Source: an uncultured Pelagibacteraceae bacterium (GTDB lineage: Bacteria > Pseudomonadota > Alphaproteobacteria > Pelagibacterales > Pelagibacteraceae). From it: DNA of 64,000 nucleotides. The notes under the pieces were generated by a model that made no database searches, was not told the origin of the DNA, and saw nothing but the letters and a program-made list of their open reading frames with translations. Each line of letters starts with the position of its first letter. Position 1 is the first letter of the stretch. Positions 50,437 to 60,880 of this stretch are shown here, one piece after another. The stretch covers positions 5,102-69,101 of the forward strand of contig CACASQ010000003.1 of assembly GCA_902535255.1 (NCBI GenBank), read 5' to 3'. Both the position numbers and the translations under genes were made by a program.

Positions 50437-51207
50437 GTGATAAAAAAATTATTTACAATTTTATTCTTCTTATTCTTTGCCACAAGCATACAAGCAGAGT
50501 CTAAACTAGATGCGATCAAAAAAAGTGGTGAGTTGAGAGTTGGAACTACAGGTGATTGGGATCCAATGTCAATGAAAGATCCTGCTACGAACAAGTATAA
50601 AGGATTTGATATCGATGTTATGAATGAGCTAGCTAAAGATCTAGGAGTGAAAGTGAAATTTGTTCCAGCAGAATGGAAAACAATTGTTGCTGGAATTACC
50701 GCTGACAGATACGATATTTCAACAAGTGTAACTAAAACACCGAAAAGAGCTGAAGTTGCAGGTTTTACAGCAACATACTACAAATACGGTACTGTTCCTT
50801 TAGTATTAAAAAAAAATTTAACAAAATTTCCTACTTGGGACTCATTAAATAATAAGAAAGTCACGATAGCAACTACGTTAGGTACTTCTCAAGAAGAAAA
50901 AGCAAAAGAATTTTTTCCTAAATCAAAATTAAGATCAATTGAAGCTCCAGCAAGGGACTTTCAAGAAGTTTTAGCTGGAAGAGCAGATGGTAATATAACT
51001 AGTTCGCTGGAGGCAAATAAGCTCGTGGTGAAATATCCACAATTAGCTATTGTGCCGGATGGTGGAAAAAATCCTGCGTTTCTAGCAATGATGGTTCCAA
51101 AAGGAGATAAAGTTTGGAATGATTATGTTAGTAGTTGGATAAAAAGAAAACAAACTTCTGGGTTTTTTATGACTTTAGAAGCAAAATATAATCTAAAAAG
51201 TTTATAA
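50437..51207 (+). CDS. Polar amino acid ABC-type solute-binding protein (family 3), cyclohexadienyl dehydratase (PheC)-like
   Basis: Signal peptide, [28 protein letters not shown]. Confidence 0.8.
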   Translation: MIKKLFTILFFLFFATSIQAESKLDAIKKSGELRVGTTGDWDPMSMKDPATNKYKGFDIDVMNELAKDLGVKVKFVPAEWKTIVAGITADRYDISTSVTKTPKRAEVAGFTATYYKYGTVPLVLKKNLTKFPTWDSLNNKKVTIATTLGTSQEEKAKEFFPKSKLRSIEAPARDFQEVLAGRADGNITSSLEANKLVVKYPQLAIVPDGGKNPAFLAMMVPKGDKVWNDYVSSWIKRKQTSGFFMTLEAKYNLKSL

Positions 51208-51245
51208 TTTAAGTTTAAATAATTCTCATTTACAAATATAGTTGT

Positions 51246-51983
51246 TTGGTGAAGATTTTTAAAATTGCATCTTTGTTATTATTACTACAAGGATGTAGTT
51301 CAAACTATGAATGGGGTTGGTATATTTTAAGTCCAGAAAATATTGAAGGACTTACTAATCTAAAATTTTTAATAAGCGGAATTACTACTACTATATATAT
51401 TTCAGTAGTTTCAATAATTTTAGCTATGATTATTGGTTTGATAGTTGCTCTGCCTTCGTTATCAAATAATAAATTCTTAACATATTTTAACGTAATATAT
51501 GTAGAAATTGTTAGAGCTATCCCTTTATTAGTTTTAATTCTTTGGATCTATTATGGCCTTCCAATCATGATTGGAGTAAGTTTTTCACCATTTGTTTCTG
51601 GAATAATAGCTTTGACCATTAGTGAGAGTGCGTTCCAAGCAGAAATTTTTAGAGCTGGAATAAATTCTATTTCTAAAGGACAGCATGAAGTTTCTGAGTC
51701 ACTTGGAATGGATTTTTGGAGAAAAATGAGATTAGTAATTCTTCCACAAGCAATAAAAGTAGTATTACCAGCAATGGGAAATCAATTTGTTTATGTTTTA
51801 AAAATGTCCTCTTTGGTATCAATTATAGGTATAGGAGATTTAACAAGAAAGGCCAATGAGCTAGTCACCACTACCTATAGACCTTTGGAAATTTATACTT
51901 TTTTAATTCTAGAGTACTTAGTGCTAATCCTAGTGGTATCTTATTTTGTAAGAAAATTAGAAAATAAACTAGAATACAAATAA
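51246..51983 (+). CDS. Amino acid ABC transporter permease (HisM/GlnP-like) with an N-terminal lipobox
   Basis: YVEIVRAIPLLV, AEIFRAGINSISKGQHE, LPQA, LKMSSL; N-terminal LLLLQGC. Confidence 0.88.
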   Translation: MVKIFKIASLLLLLQGCSSNYEWGWYILSPENIEGLTNLKFLISGITTTIYISVVSIILAMIIGLIVALPSLSNNKFLTYFNVIYVEIVRAIPLLVLILWIYYGLPIMIGVSFSPFVSGIIALTISESAFQAEIFRAGINSISKGQHEVSESLGMDFWRKMRLVILPQAIKVVLPAMGNQFVYVLKMSSLVSIIGIGDLTRKANELVTTTYRPLEIYTFLILEYLVLILVVSYFVRKLENKLEYK

Positions 51984-53330
51984 TTTTTTCAATGAAATCC
52001 TAAATATTCTCTTCAAAAAGAATGGTACAAAAGTTAATACAACTAATCCCATCATCCAATTTGTTACTAAAATTGTATAGAAAATATCTTGGTACTCGCC
52101 ATTTCTAATATTTATGACATACCATAGTGACATAAAAGGAATTAATGTTAGTCTAAGAATTGTCATGTACAAACTAAAAATTGGTCTTTTGAGCGCCTGG
52201 AATAAAGCAGAGGTAATAAAGAAAACTGGATAAACCGGCCCAATTAAAGCTGCTACCTGTAAGTAAAGTGCTCCTCTTCGGATAACTTCTAAATCATTAG
52301 TGAAAAAAGAAATTATAATTTCTGAGGTTAGATAAACGAATATGCCCGCTAAGACCATAAATCCAGAGCCAAATATCAAAGCTTTTCCATATACTTCTTT
52401 TACTCTAAAATACATTTTTGCTCCAAAATTTTGTCCAGCAATAGATAAAACAGCGGTGTTTAAACCTATGACTGGTAACAATAAAACTTGTTCAATTCTT
52501 ACAGCAGTACCATAACCAGCTGTGGCTAATTCTCCAAACTGACCAACAAAATAGAAAATATTAAATACTCCAAACATTATCATCAACATAGTAAACATTA
52601 TTGGTACTGATTGCTTAAAGAGCAAACTTAAGTAATCAATTTTTGGTTTAAAGCATTCTAGATAAAGGAATCTTTTCAATTTACAGCAATAAACTTTATT
52701 GGCTAAGTAAATTAAACCAATACACTGAGAAACTAGAGTAGCGATAGCTAAACCAGTAATACCGAATGCTGGTATGAACCCATAGCCAAAAATAAATAAT
52801 GGATTTAAAAAAATATTTAAGAAAAAGGTAAAAATTAAAACATTCCTATAACTTTTGGTATCACCTTGAGCATTTAAAGTTCCATTCAAAGATAATTGAA
52901 CTAATACAATGATAGCTCCAAAAAAAATGATATCTAAGTATTCACGTGTTAAAACAATACTTTCTTCACTAGAACCCATAATTCTTAAAAGTTCATCAGA
53001 AAAATTTAAGCCAAATAAGGTTACGAAAATTGAAATTACAATTGCTAATACTATTGACTGAGCAACATACATTGATGCTTTCCTGTCCTCTTTTGCTCCA
53101 ATTGAATTACTGATTAAAGCCGTAGTTCCTGCTCCAATACCAACTGCCACAGCTATTGCTATAAAATAAATTGGCCATGATTTTGCAATTGCTGCTAGCG
53201 CTTCTGGTGAAATTCTGCCAGCAAAATAAGTATCAACTAAATTATAAAAAGTTTGAAAAAGAGACCCTGTGCTTGCAGGTACTGTCACTTTTCTTAGAAG
53301 CTGCCATATAGAACCTTTAGTCAAATCCAT
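51969..53330 (-). CDS. MATE family efflux transporter
   Basis: DLTKGSI, YNLVDT.F.G, GDTK, NIFLNPLFIFG, GQNFGA. Confidence 0.92.
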   Translation of the reverse strand: MDLTKGSIWQLLRKVTVPASTGSLFQTFYNLVDTYFAGRISPEALAAIAKSWPIYFIAIAVAVGIGAGTTALISNSIGAKEDRKASMYVAQSIVLAIVISIFVTLFGLNFSDELLRIMGSSEESIVLTREYLDIIFFGAIIVLVQLSLNGTLNAQGDTKSYRNVLIFTFFLNIFLNPLFIFGYGFIPAFGITGLAIATLVSQCIGLIYLANKVYCCKLKRFLYLECFKPKIDYLSLLFKQSVPIMFTMLMIMFGVFNIFYFVGQFGELATAGYGTAVRIEQVLLLPVIGLNTAVLSIAGQNFGAKMYFRVKEVYGKALIFGSGFMVLAGIFVYLTSEIIISFFTNDLEVIRRGALYLQVAALIGPVYPVFFITSALFQALKRPIFSLYMTILRLTLIPFMSLWYVINIRNGEYQDIFYTILVTNWMMGLVVLTFVPFFLKRIFRISLKKLFVF

Positions 53331-53332
53331 AA

Positions 53333-54238
53333 TTAAAATTCCTTTTGAAACTTATGCTTTCTTCCATCTTTTTTAGCAAGATTAATTTGATTTTGCCTCA
53401 TACGAAATCTTATTTTTTGTGCATTTGAGAGTGTGTCATAACACCTTGGACATGAAACCCCCTCTTCATATTTGTTAGATTCTTTGTCTTTTGGTGAAAA
53501 AGGTTTTCGACAACCACTACATACAGAGTAAGTTCCTTTTTTTAATTTGTGTTTTAGGGATATTCTATTATCAAATACGAAACACTCTCCTTTCCATAAA
53601 CTGTCTTTTTTTTCAACTTTATTTAAATAATTAAGTATCCCACCTTTTAACTGGAAAACATTTTTAAACCCTTTTCTCTTTAAAAATATGGAGGCTTTTT
53701 CACACCTAATACCCCCAGTACAAAACATTGCTACAGGTTTAGTTTTATCAATTTTTTTTAAATATTTTGGAAAGTCTCTAAAATTTTGAATATTTGGATT
53801 TATAGAATTTTTAAAAGTGCCAACATCATATTCAAATGGCTTTCTAGCATCTATAACTAAAGTTTCTTTATTTGAAATTAGTTTGTTCCATGGCTTTCCA
53901 GAAATATATCTATTAAGTTTTTTATTTTTTGAGTTAATTTTTAGACCTAATGGAACAACTTCATTTTTGATTTTTATTTTACCTTTGTGGAATGGTTGAA
54001 AATGGCTTTGAGACATATTCTTGCTATCAAAATCCCTCAAGCGAAATTGTCTTTTTATAATCTTTATTATTTTGCTTATGTCCTCTTTTTTACCAGCAAT
54101 TGTTCCATTCATACCTTCTGCTGATAAAATTATTGTGCCCCTCACATTATTTTTTAAAATTTCTTTTTGAAATAAAGATTTATATTTTTTCAAAAATTTA
54201 ATCTTTTTAAACTTGTAAAAACCAAAAATTGTATACAT
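53333..54238 (-). CDS. trhO: tRNA uridine(34) hydroxylase TrhO (UPF0176 rhodanese-domain protein)
   Basis: FYKF, GTIILS.EGMNGT, MFCTGGIRCEKAS, GECFVFDNR, YEEGVSCPRC. Confidence 0.85.
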   Translation of the reverse strand: MYTIFGFYKFKKIKFLKKYKSLFQKEILKNNVRGTIILSAEGMNGTIAGKKEDISKIIKIIKRQFRLRDFDSKNMSQSHFQPFHKGKIKIKNEVVPLGLKINSKNKKLNRYISGKPWNKLISNKETLVIDARKPFEYDVGTFKNSINPNIQNFRDFPKYLKKIDKTKPVAMFCTGGIRCEKASIFLKRKGFKNVFQLKGGILNYLNKVEKKDSLWKGECFVFDNRISLKHKLKKGTYSVCSGCRKPFSPKDKESNKYEEGVSCPRCYDTLSNAQKIRFRMRQNQINLAKKDGRKHKFQKEF

Positions 54239-54891
54239 TATTTTTTAATACAAATTGTTAGACCATCACCTATAGGAATAATATTTTTTACTACTCTACT
54301 ATCTTTCTTAATATGTGCGTTAAATTCTCTTATAATATTTGTAAGTTTATCATTTTTCGTGTCATCTGTTACTTCTCCGTGCCATAAAACATTATCTATA
54401 ACAATAAGACCATTTTTATTAATAAGATCCATACATTCTTCATAATATTTAAGGTAATTTTCCTTATCAGCATCTATAAAAATAAAATCAAATTTTTGAT
54501 TTGAGTCTTTTAGTTCTTTTAGACTTTCAATAGCAGGTTTAATTATTTGTTTTATTTTTTTTTCATTTGCTTTTTTGTAAAATGATTGTGCCTTCATACT
54601 AAATTCAGAACTTTTATCTAAGCTAATTAGTAGACCATCAGATGGAAGGGCTAAAGCCATGGATAAAGCACTAAAACCTGTAAAACTTCCTATTTCTAAA
54701 ATCTTTTTAATATTTGAAATCTTAATTAATGTTTGTAAAAATTGTGCTTGGGAAACTGAAATCTGTAACCTCTGTTGGTCACCAAGACTTATATTATATT
54801 GAATTATCTCTTTCTGAACATCACTTAAAGCCTCTGAATGGTTAATAATGTACTTTTCAAGATTTTCAGTTAAATCTAATTTTTTAGGCAT
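54238..54891 (-). CDS. Cation-dependent class I SAM O-methyltransferase (Methyltransf_3 family)
   Basis: LEIGSFTGFS, FDFIFIDADK, IDNVLWHG, IGDGLT. Confidence 0.88.
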   Translation of the reverse strand: MPKKLDLTENLEKYIINHSEALSDVQKEIIQYNISLGDQQRLQISVSQAQFLQTLIKISNIKKILEIGSFTGFSALSMALALPSDGLLISLDKSSEFSMKAQSFYKKANEKKIKQIIKPAIESLKELKDSNQKFDFIFIDADKENYLKYYEECMDLINKNGLIVIDNVLWHGEVTDDTKNDKLTNIIREFNAHIKKDSRVVKNIIPIGDGLTICIKK

Positions 54892-54893
54892 AA

Positions 54894-56363
54894 TTAGCCT
54901 TTTAAAAGTTTTTTTAGAATTTCATTTGTTAATTGGGGGTTTGCTTTACCGCCGGATAATTTCATAACCTGTCCAACAAAAAAACCAAATAATTTTTCTT
55001 TTCCAGCTTTATATTGATCAACTTTATCTTTATTTTTTGATAGTATTTCATTAATCATTTTTTCTAATTCTTTAGGATCGCTTTGTTGTTTCATTCCTTT
55101 TGACTCTATAATTTTTTTTGGATTATCTCCGCTTTCAACCATAATTTCGAAAACTTCTTTTGCTATTCTTCCTGAAATTTCTCCAGATTTAATTGATTGA
55201 ACTAACTCAGCAAAATCTTTAGCAGAAATTGGTGAATTATAAATATTAAGTCCTTTATCATTTAGCATTGCAAATAAATCACCCATCATCCATGTAGCTG
55301 CAAGTTTTTTGTCAGATAATTTTGCAACTTCCTCATAATAATCAGAAATCTCTTTTTCAGAAACCAATACATTTGCTTCATATGAATTAAGCCCATATTC
55401 TTGAATAAATCTATCTTTCTTATTGTCTGGCAACTCAGGTAAAGATTTTTTTAAGTCATCAATTAGTTTTTGTTCAAGTTTTAAAGGTAAAAGATCTGGA
55501 TCAGGAAAGTATCTATAGTCGTGAGCATCTTCTTTTGATCTCATTGATCTTGTCTCATTTTTTTTTGTATCAAATAATCTTGTTTCTTGATCAATCTCTT
55601 TTCCATCCTCTATTAATTCAACCTGTCTATTGGCCTCATATTCTATCGCCATTTGCATAAATTTAATTGAATTTACATTTTTGATTTCACATCTAGTGCC
55701 AAAATTTTTATCACCTACTTTCCTTACCGATACATTTACATCTGCTCTTAATGAACCTTCTTGCATATTGCCATCACATGTGCCCAAGTATCTCATAATT
55801 GTTCTTAATTTTTTTATATAAGCATTTACTTCATCAGGTGAACGAAGGTCTGGTTTGCTAACGATTTCCATTAGAGCAATTCCAGAACGATTTAAATCAA
55901 CATAAGTGCTCGCGGGATCCATATCATGAATACTTTTGCCTGCGTCCTGTTCTAAATGAAGCCTTTCAATACCTATTTCTTTTGAACCATAAGGCATATC
56001 TAATAAAACTTTACCTTCACCAACAATAGGATTTTTATATTGAGAGATCTGATAGCCCTGAGGAAGATCTGCATAAAAATAATTTTTTCTATCAAAAACT
56101 GAATAATTATTTATTTTTGCATTTAAACCTAAGCCTGTTCTTACAGCTTGTTTAACGCACTCCTCATTAATTACTGGCAACATTCCTGGAAAAGCAGAGT
56201 CAATTAAACTTACTTGTTTGTTAGGATCAGCTCCAAATTTAGTTGATGAACCTGAAAAAAGTTTTGAATTAGAAAGGACTTGAGCATGAACCTCTAAACC
56301 AATAACTACTTCGTACTTCCCTTTCTCTCCATTAACAAAATAATCAAATTTTTCTTTGCTCAT
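54894..56363 (-). CDS. gatB: Asp/Glu-tRNA amidotransferase subunit B
   Basis: [35 protein letters not shown]; start at the ATGA overlap with gatA. Confidence 0.97.
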   Translation of the reverse strand: MSKEKFDYFVNGEKGKYEVVIGLEVHAQVLSNSKLFSGSSTKFGADPNKQVSLIDSAFPGMLPVINEECVKQAVRTGLGLNAKINNYSVFDRKNYFYADLPQGYQISQYKNPIVGEGKVLLDMPYGSKEIGIERLHLEQDAGKSIHDMDPASTYVDLNRSGIALMEIVSKPDLRSPDEVNAYIKKLRTIMRYLGTCDGNMQEGSLRADVNVSVRKVGDKNFGTRCEIKNVNSIKFMQMAIEYEANRQVELIEDGKEIDQETRLFDTKKNETRSMRSKEDAHDYRYFPDPDLLPLKLEQKLIDDLKKSLPELPDNKKDRFIQEYGLNSYEANVLVSEKEISDYYEEVAKLSDKKLAATWMMGDLFAMLNDKGLNIYNSPISAKDFAELVQSIKSGEISGRIAKEVFEIMVESGDNPKKIIESKGMKQQSDPKELEKMINEILSKNKDKVDQYKAGKEKLFGFFVGQVMKLSGGKANPQLTNEILKKLLKG

Positions 56364-57817
56364 GACCACCACTTTTTAATTTTATTTTTATAACCACAAT
56401 TTTTTTCAAATGCATAACCAATATTAAGAATTTTTTGTTCATCTAAAGCTTTACCTATCAATTGTAAACCAAGAGGGAGACCTTTTTTATCTAATCCAGC
56501 AGGTAGAGATAAGGCTGGTAATCCAGCTAAATTTACAGGCACTGTAAAAATATCATTTAGATACATTGATACAGGATCATTAGTTTTTTCTCCTATCTTA
56601 AATGCTGAATTTGGTGTTGAGGGTGTTAAAATAGCATCAACTTTCATAAAACTATCATCGAAATCTTTTTTTATTAATTGTCTAACCTTTTGGGCTTTTA
56701 AATAATAGGCATCGTAATAACCTGAAGATAAAACATAAGTGCCTATTAATATTCTTCTCTTCACTTCGTCACCAAATCCTTCTGACCTAGTATTCTCATA
56801 CATTTCAATTAAATCTTTTCCTTTTTGTGACCTATAACCGTATCTCACTCCATCATATCTTGCTAAATTTGATGAAGCTTCTGCAGGAGCAACTATATAA
56901 TAAGTTGGTAAAGCATATTTTGTATGTGGTAATGAAATATCAATTAAGTGAGCGCCTAAATCTTTTAATATTTTTTTTCCTTTTTCCCAAAGATCATCAA
57001 TTTCCTTTGGCATATTATCTACTCGATACTCTTTTGGAATTCCAATTTTTAATCCTTTAATGTTATCATTTAAATTTTTTGAGTAAGTTTCTTTTTTTTT
57101 ATTAATTGAGGTTGAGTCTTTTTCATCAAAACCAGACATTGCTTCAAGCATAATTGAACAGTCATTAACAGTTTTAGTCATGGGTCCTGCTTGATCTAGT
57201 GAAGAAGCAAATGCAACGATACCCCATCTAGAACAAAGCCCGTAAGTTGGTTTAAGACCTACAGTACCAGTAAAGGAAGCCGGCTGTCTAATTGACCCAC
57301 CTGTATCTGTGCCGATTGTTGCAGGAGTAAGATCTGCAGCTAAAGCCGAAGATGATCCCCCTGAAGAACCTCCTGGAACTAAATGATCTCCTACAGGATT
57401 AATTACATTTCCGAAAAAACTTGTCTCATTAGATGAACCCATAGCAAATTCATCGCAATTTAATTTTCCGAGCAAAAAAGCTCCGTTATTCCATAAATTT
57501 TTCGTTACTGTTGATTCATATGAAGGAATAAAATTATTTAAAATATTGCTTCCAGCCGTCGTTTTTACATTTTCAGTACAAAATAAGTCTTTTACAGCTA
57601 AAGGAATTCCGCTAAGGAGTTGTTCGTTGTTTGTTTTATTATCAAATTTTTTTGCATTTTCTAATGCTTGATCAAAAGTTGTTGTAACGAAAGAATTAAG
57701 TTTCTTTGCATTCTCAATGTTCTTTATGTATGCTTGCGTAAGTTCTAATGAGGAAATTTGTTTAGATTTTATACTTTCTAAAATTTCACTTAAGCTTTGA
57801 CTTGTTATATTACTCAT
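56360..57817 (-). CDS. gatA: Asp/Glu-tRNA amidotransferase subunit A
   Basis: Amidase signature [28 protein letters not shown]. Confidence 0.97.
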   Translation of the reverse strand: MSNITSQSLSEILESIKSKQISSLELTQAYIKNIENAKKLNSFVTTTFDQALENAKKFDNKTNNEQLLSGIPLAVKDLFCTENVKTTAGSNILNNFIPSYESTVTKNLWNNGAFLLGKLNCDEFAMGSSNETSFFGNVINPVGDHLVPGGSSGGSSSALAADLTPATIGTDTGGSIRQPASFTGTVGLKPTYGLCSRWGIVAFASSLDQAGPMTKTVNDCSIMLEAMSGFDEKDSTSINKKKETYSKNLNDNIKGLKIGIPKEYRVDNMPKEIDDLWEKGKKILKDLGAHLIDISLPHTKYALPTYYIVAPAEASSNLARYDGVRYGYRSQKGKDLIEMYENTRSEGFGDEVKRRILIGTYVLSSGYYDAYYLKAQKVRQLIKKDFDDSFMKVDAILTPSTPNSAFKIGEKTNDPVSMYLNDIFTVPVNLAGLPALSLPAGLDKKGLPLGLQLIGKALDEQKILNIGYAFEKNCGYKNKIKKWWS

Positions 57818-58104
57818 TACTCAACCACCTTTGGAACTACAAAAAACTCATCGTTTTTTTTAGGAGAATTTTTAAGAATTTTTTCTCTTATCTTACCATC
57901 ACTGATTTCATCTTTCCTTGATCTCAAAGACTGGTTTAAAATCGATGTTAATGGCTCAACTTTATCAGTATTAAGTTCATTTAATTGTTCAATAAACTTA
58001 AAGATTGAGTTTAAATCTTTTGTTAAGCTATCTACTTTAGCTTCATCAACTGAAATTCGAGCTAATTTAGCTACATGTTTAATTTTCTCTTTATCTAAGG
58101 ACAT
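57817..58104 (-). CDS. gatC: Asp/Glu-tRNA amidotransferase subunit C
   Basis: [20 protein letters not shown]. Confidence 0.95.
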   Translation of the reverse strand: MSLDKEKIKHVAKLARISVDEAKVDSLTKDLNSIFKFIEQLNELNTDKVEPLTSILNQSLRSRKDEISDGKIREKILKNSPKKNDEFFVVPKVVE

Positions 58105-58154
58105 TTGTGCAATAAGTTAATTAAATGTGTTTTATCACAAATTAGGTAAATTTC

Positions 58155-58619
58155 ATGCTCGATATTGACGTATTTATTGAAAAAACTAAGAAAAAATCAA
58201 GATTAATAGGTATTGATCCTGGTGGTAAGAGAATTGGAATAGCTCTATCAGATGAAAATAAAATTGTAGCTACGCCATACACCACAATTATTAAAGAAAA
58301 TTATAGAAACTTAGTTGATCAAATTCGGAAAATTGTTAGGGAGTATAACATTGATGGAATAGTTATAGGCAATCCAGTTAATATGGATGGAACGGAGGGG
58401 CCGTCTTCGCAATCAGCTAAAGATCTAGCTAAAAATCTTTCAAAAGATATTACAGAAAATATCACTTTATGGGATGAAAGACTATCTAGCCAGGGAGCCT
58501 TTAATCTATCTAATGATTTAGCAATAAATTCTTCAAAAAAAGTGAAGAAATTAGACGAGAATTCTGCTCAATTTATACTTCAAGGGATGCTTGATTATTA
58601 TCATAAAAAAAATACTTGA
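58155..58619 (+). CDS. ruvX: YqgF/RuvX pre-16S rRNA nuclease
   Basis: GIDPGGKRIGIALSD, G.P.NMDG, WDERLSS. Confidence 0.9.
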   Translation: MLDIDVFIEKTKKKSRLIGIDPGGKRIGIALSDENKIVATPYTTIIKENYRNLVDQIRKIVREYNIDGIVIGNPVNMDGTEGPSSQSAKDLAKNLSKDITENITLWDERLSSQGAFNLSNDLAINSSKKVKKLDENSAQFILQGMLDYYHKKNT

Positions 58620-58644
58620 TATAATACAGTAAAAGGCCTATAGA
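58616..58644 (+). promoter_or_regulatory. Putative promoter of pyrB-pyrC-plsY
   Basis: TTGATA-N17-TATAGA ending 10 nt before the pyrB ATG. Confidence 0.4.
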
Positions 58645-58654
58645 GTTGATTTTA

Positions 58655-59599
58655 ATGGCAATTGCTAAAAAAGTTTCAGCTATTAAAAACACTCCAAAAC
58701 ATTTATTAGGTATTCAAAATTTATCAGTTCTTGAAGCAAAAAAGATTTTAACAGAAGCAAAATCCTTCATAAAATTAAACAGAGGAAGTTCTAAAAAACT
58801 AGATGTCCTTAGAGGAAAAACTCAAATTAACTTATTCTTTGAACCTTCTACGAGAACACAGAGTTCATTTGACTTAGCTGGGAAAAGACTAGGTGCAGAT
58901 GTGATGACGATGAATATGGGTAACTCTGCATTAAAAAAAGGTGAAACATTAATTGACACTGCTATGACATTAAATGCGATGCATCCAGATATAATTGTTA
59001 TAAGGCATCAAGACTCTGGCGCGCCAAATCTTCTTTCACAGAAAGTAAATTGTACAGTAATAAACGCTGGCGATGGAAGAAGAGAACATCCTACACAAGC
59101 TTTACTTGATGCTTTAACAATCATTAATAGAAAAGATAGCATTGAGGGATTAAAAATTGCAATATGTGGGGACATTCTTCATTCAAGAGTTGCTAGGTCT
59201 AATATTTATTTAATGAATATGTTAGGCGCAGAAGTAAATGTCATTGCACCAAAAACTTTAATGCCTATAGGTATAGAGAACTTAGGAGTGAAATCATTTA
59301 CGGATATGAAAAAAGGATTGGATGGATGCGATATTGTTATGATGTTGAGATTACAAAATGAAAGAATGCAGGGATCATTTCTTCCATCTAAGCGAGAGTA
59401 TTATGAATTTTTTGGACTGACTCCTGAAAAACTAAAATTTGCAAAAAAAGATGCTTTGCTGATGCATCCTGGCCCAATGAACAGAGGAGTTGAAATTGAT
59501 ACCAAACTAGCAGATGACATAAATGTCAGTCTTGTAAAAGAACAAGTTGAATTAGGAGTAGCGGTCAGGATGGCATGTTTAAAATTGTACTGTAAATAA
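58655..59599 (+). CDS. pyrB: Aspartate carbamoyltransferase catalytic subunit
   Basis: [35 protein letters not shown]. Confidence 0.97.
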   Translation: MAIAKKVSAIKNTPKHLLGIQNLSVLEAKKILTEAKSFIKLNRGSSKKLDVLRGKTQINLFFEPSTRTQSSFDLAGKRLGADVMTMNMGNSALKKGETLIDTAMTLNAMHPDIIVIRHQDSGAPNLLSQKVNCTVINAGDGRREHPTQALLDALTIINRKDSIEGLKIAICGDILHSRVARSNIYLMNMLGAEVNVIAPKTLMPIGIENLGVKSFTDMKKGLDGCDIVMMLRLQNERMQGSFLPSKREYYEFFGLTPEKLKFAKKDALLMHPGPMNRGVEIDTKLADDINVSLVKEQVELGVAVRMACLKLYCK

Positions 59600-60880
59600 A
59601 TGAAAGAAAAAATTTTAATTAATGCAAGAATTATTGATCCATCTCAAAAGATGGACGAGATAGGAAATATAGTTATTGATGAAAAAGGGAAAATAAAATC
59701 GATTGGAAAAAAATCTTATACATCAGATTCAGCAGAAAAAATTGATTTGAAAGGCTTAATAGCTATTCCTGGATTAGTTGATATGAAAGCTTTTGTTGGT
59801 GAACCTGGCTTTGAGTATAAAGAAAATTTTAGAACACTAAGCCAAGCAGCTTTGGCAGGTGGAGTAACTTCAATCGTAACAATGCCAAATACTAACCCGA
59901 TTATAGATAATGTTTCTATGGTGGACTTTATAATTAGAAGAGGTAGGGATAAAGCTAAAGTAAATCTTTTTCCATGTGCTTCAATTACTAGACAGAAAGA
60001 AGGTAATCAAATGACTGAATTTGGATTATTAAAAGCTAGGGGAATCATCGGATTTAGCGATGTTAATAAAACTATTCAAAATACTGAATTGATGTCTAGA
60101 ATAATGAATTATGCTTCAGACATTGATGTTCTCATTATGCAACATGCCGAGGACTATGAATTAGCTAGAAATTCATGCATTAATCAAAGTGAAGTAGCAA
60201 CAAGATTGGGTTTACAAGGAGTTTCAGATATTGCTGAAAAGATTATTATTGAAAGGGATTTATCTTTATTAAGTGAATATCCTTGCAGATATCATATTAA
60301 TCAAATTTCCTCAAAAAATTCTCTTGATGTTATAAAAAAAAATAAATCTAATGGAATTAAATTTAGTACAGGAGTTTCTATAAACAATTTATCATTAAAT
60401 CAAAATGACATCGGAGAATTTAGAACTTTTTTAAAACTATCTCCCCCTCTAAGGAGTGAGGAAGATAGGCTTTCATTAATAGAAGGTATAAAAAATGATC
60501 TCATAGATGTAATAGTATCAGATCACATACCTGAAGATGAAGAAAGCAAAAGGCTTCCGTTTGCACAAGCAGCTAGTGGTTCGATTGGAATAGAGACAAT
60601 GCTATCTCTATCTTTAGAACTTTACCATAATGAGTCATTATCTTTGGAAAAAATAATCAAGTGTTTAACAATTAATCCAGCTAAGATACTTAAGATAAAC
60701 AAAGGAACACTTAAAGAGGGATCGGACGCAGATATTTGTATATTTGACTTGGAAAAACCATGGGTAGTTAAAGCTGAAGAGTTAAAATCAAAATCAAAAA
60801 ACACTGCAATTGAAAATAGAAAGTTGCAAGGAAAAGTAAAAATGACTTTACTTCAGGGCGAAGTAGCATACTCAATCTGA
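59600..60880 (+). CDS. pyrC: Dihydroorotase-like protein, probably inactive PyrC' partner of ATCase
   Basis: PGLVD..., MPNT.P, PPLR, SDH. The HxH metal motif is replaced by DMKAF. Confidence 0.85.
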   Translation: MKEKILINARIIDPSQKMDEIGNIVIDEKGKIKSIGKKSYTSDSAEKIDLKGLIAIPGLVDMKAFVGEPGFEYKENFRTLSQAALAGGVTSIVTMPNTNPIIDNVSMVDFIIRRGRDKAKVNLFPCASITRQKEGNQMTEFGLLKARGIIGFSDVNKTIQNTELMSRIMNYASDIDVLIMQHAEDYELARNSCINQSEVATRLGLQGVSDIAEKIIIERDLSLLSEYPCRYHINQISSKNSLDVIKKNKSNGIKFSTGVSINNLSLNQNDIGEFRTFLKLSPPLRSEEDRLSLIEGIKNDLIDVIVSDHIPEDEESKRLPFAQAASGSIGIETMLSLSLELYHNESLSLEKIIKCLTINPAKILKINKGTLKEGSDADICIFDLEKPWVVKAEELKSKSKNTAIENRKLQGKVKMTLLQGEVAYSI

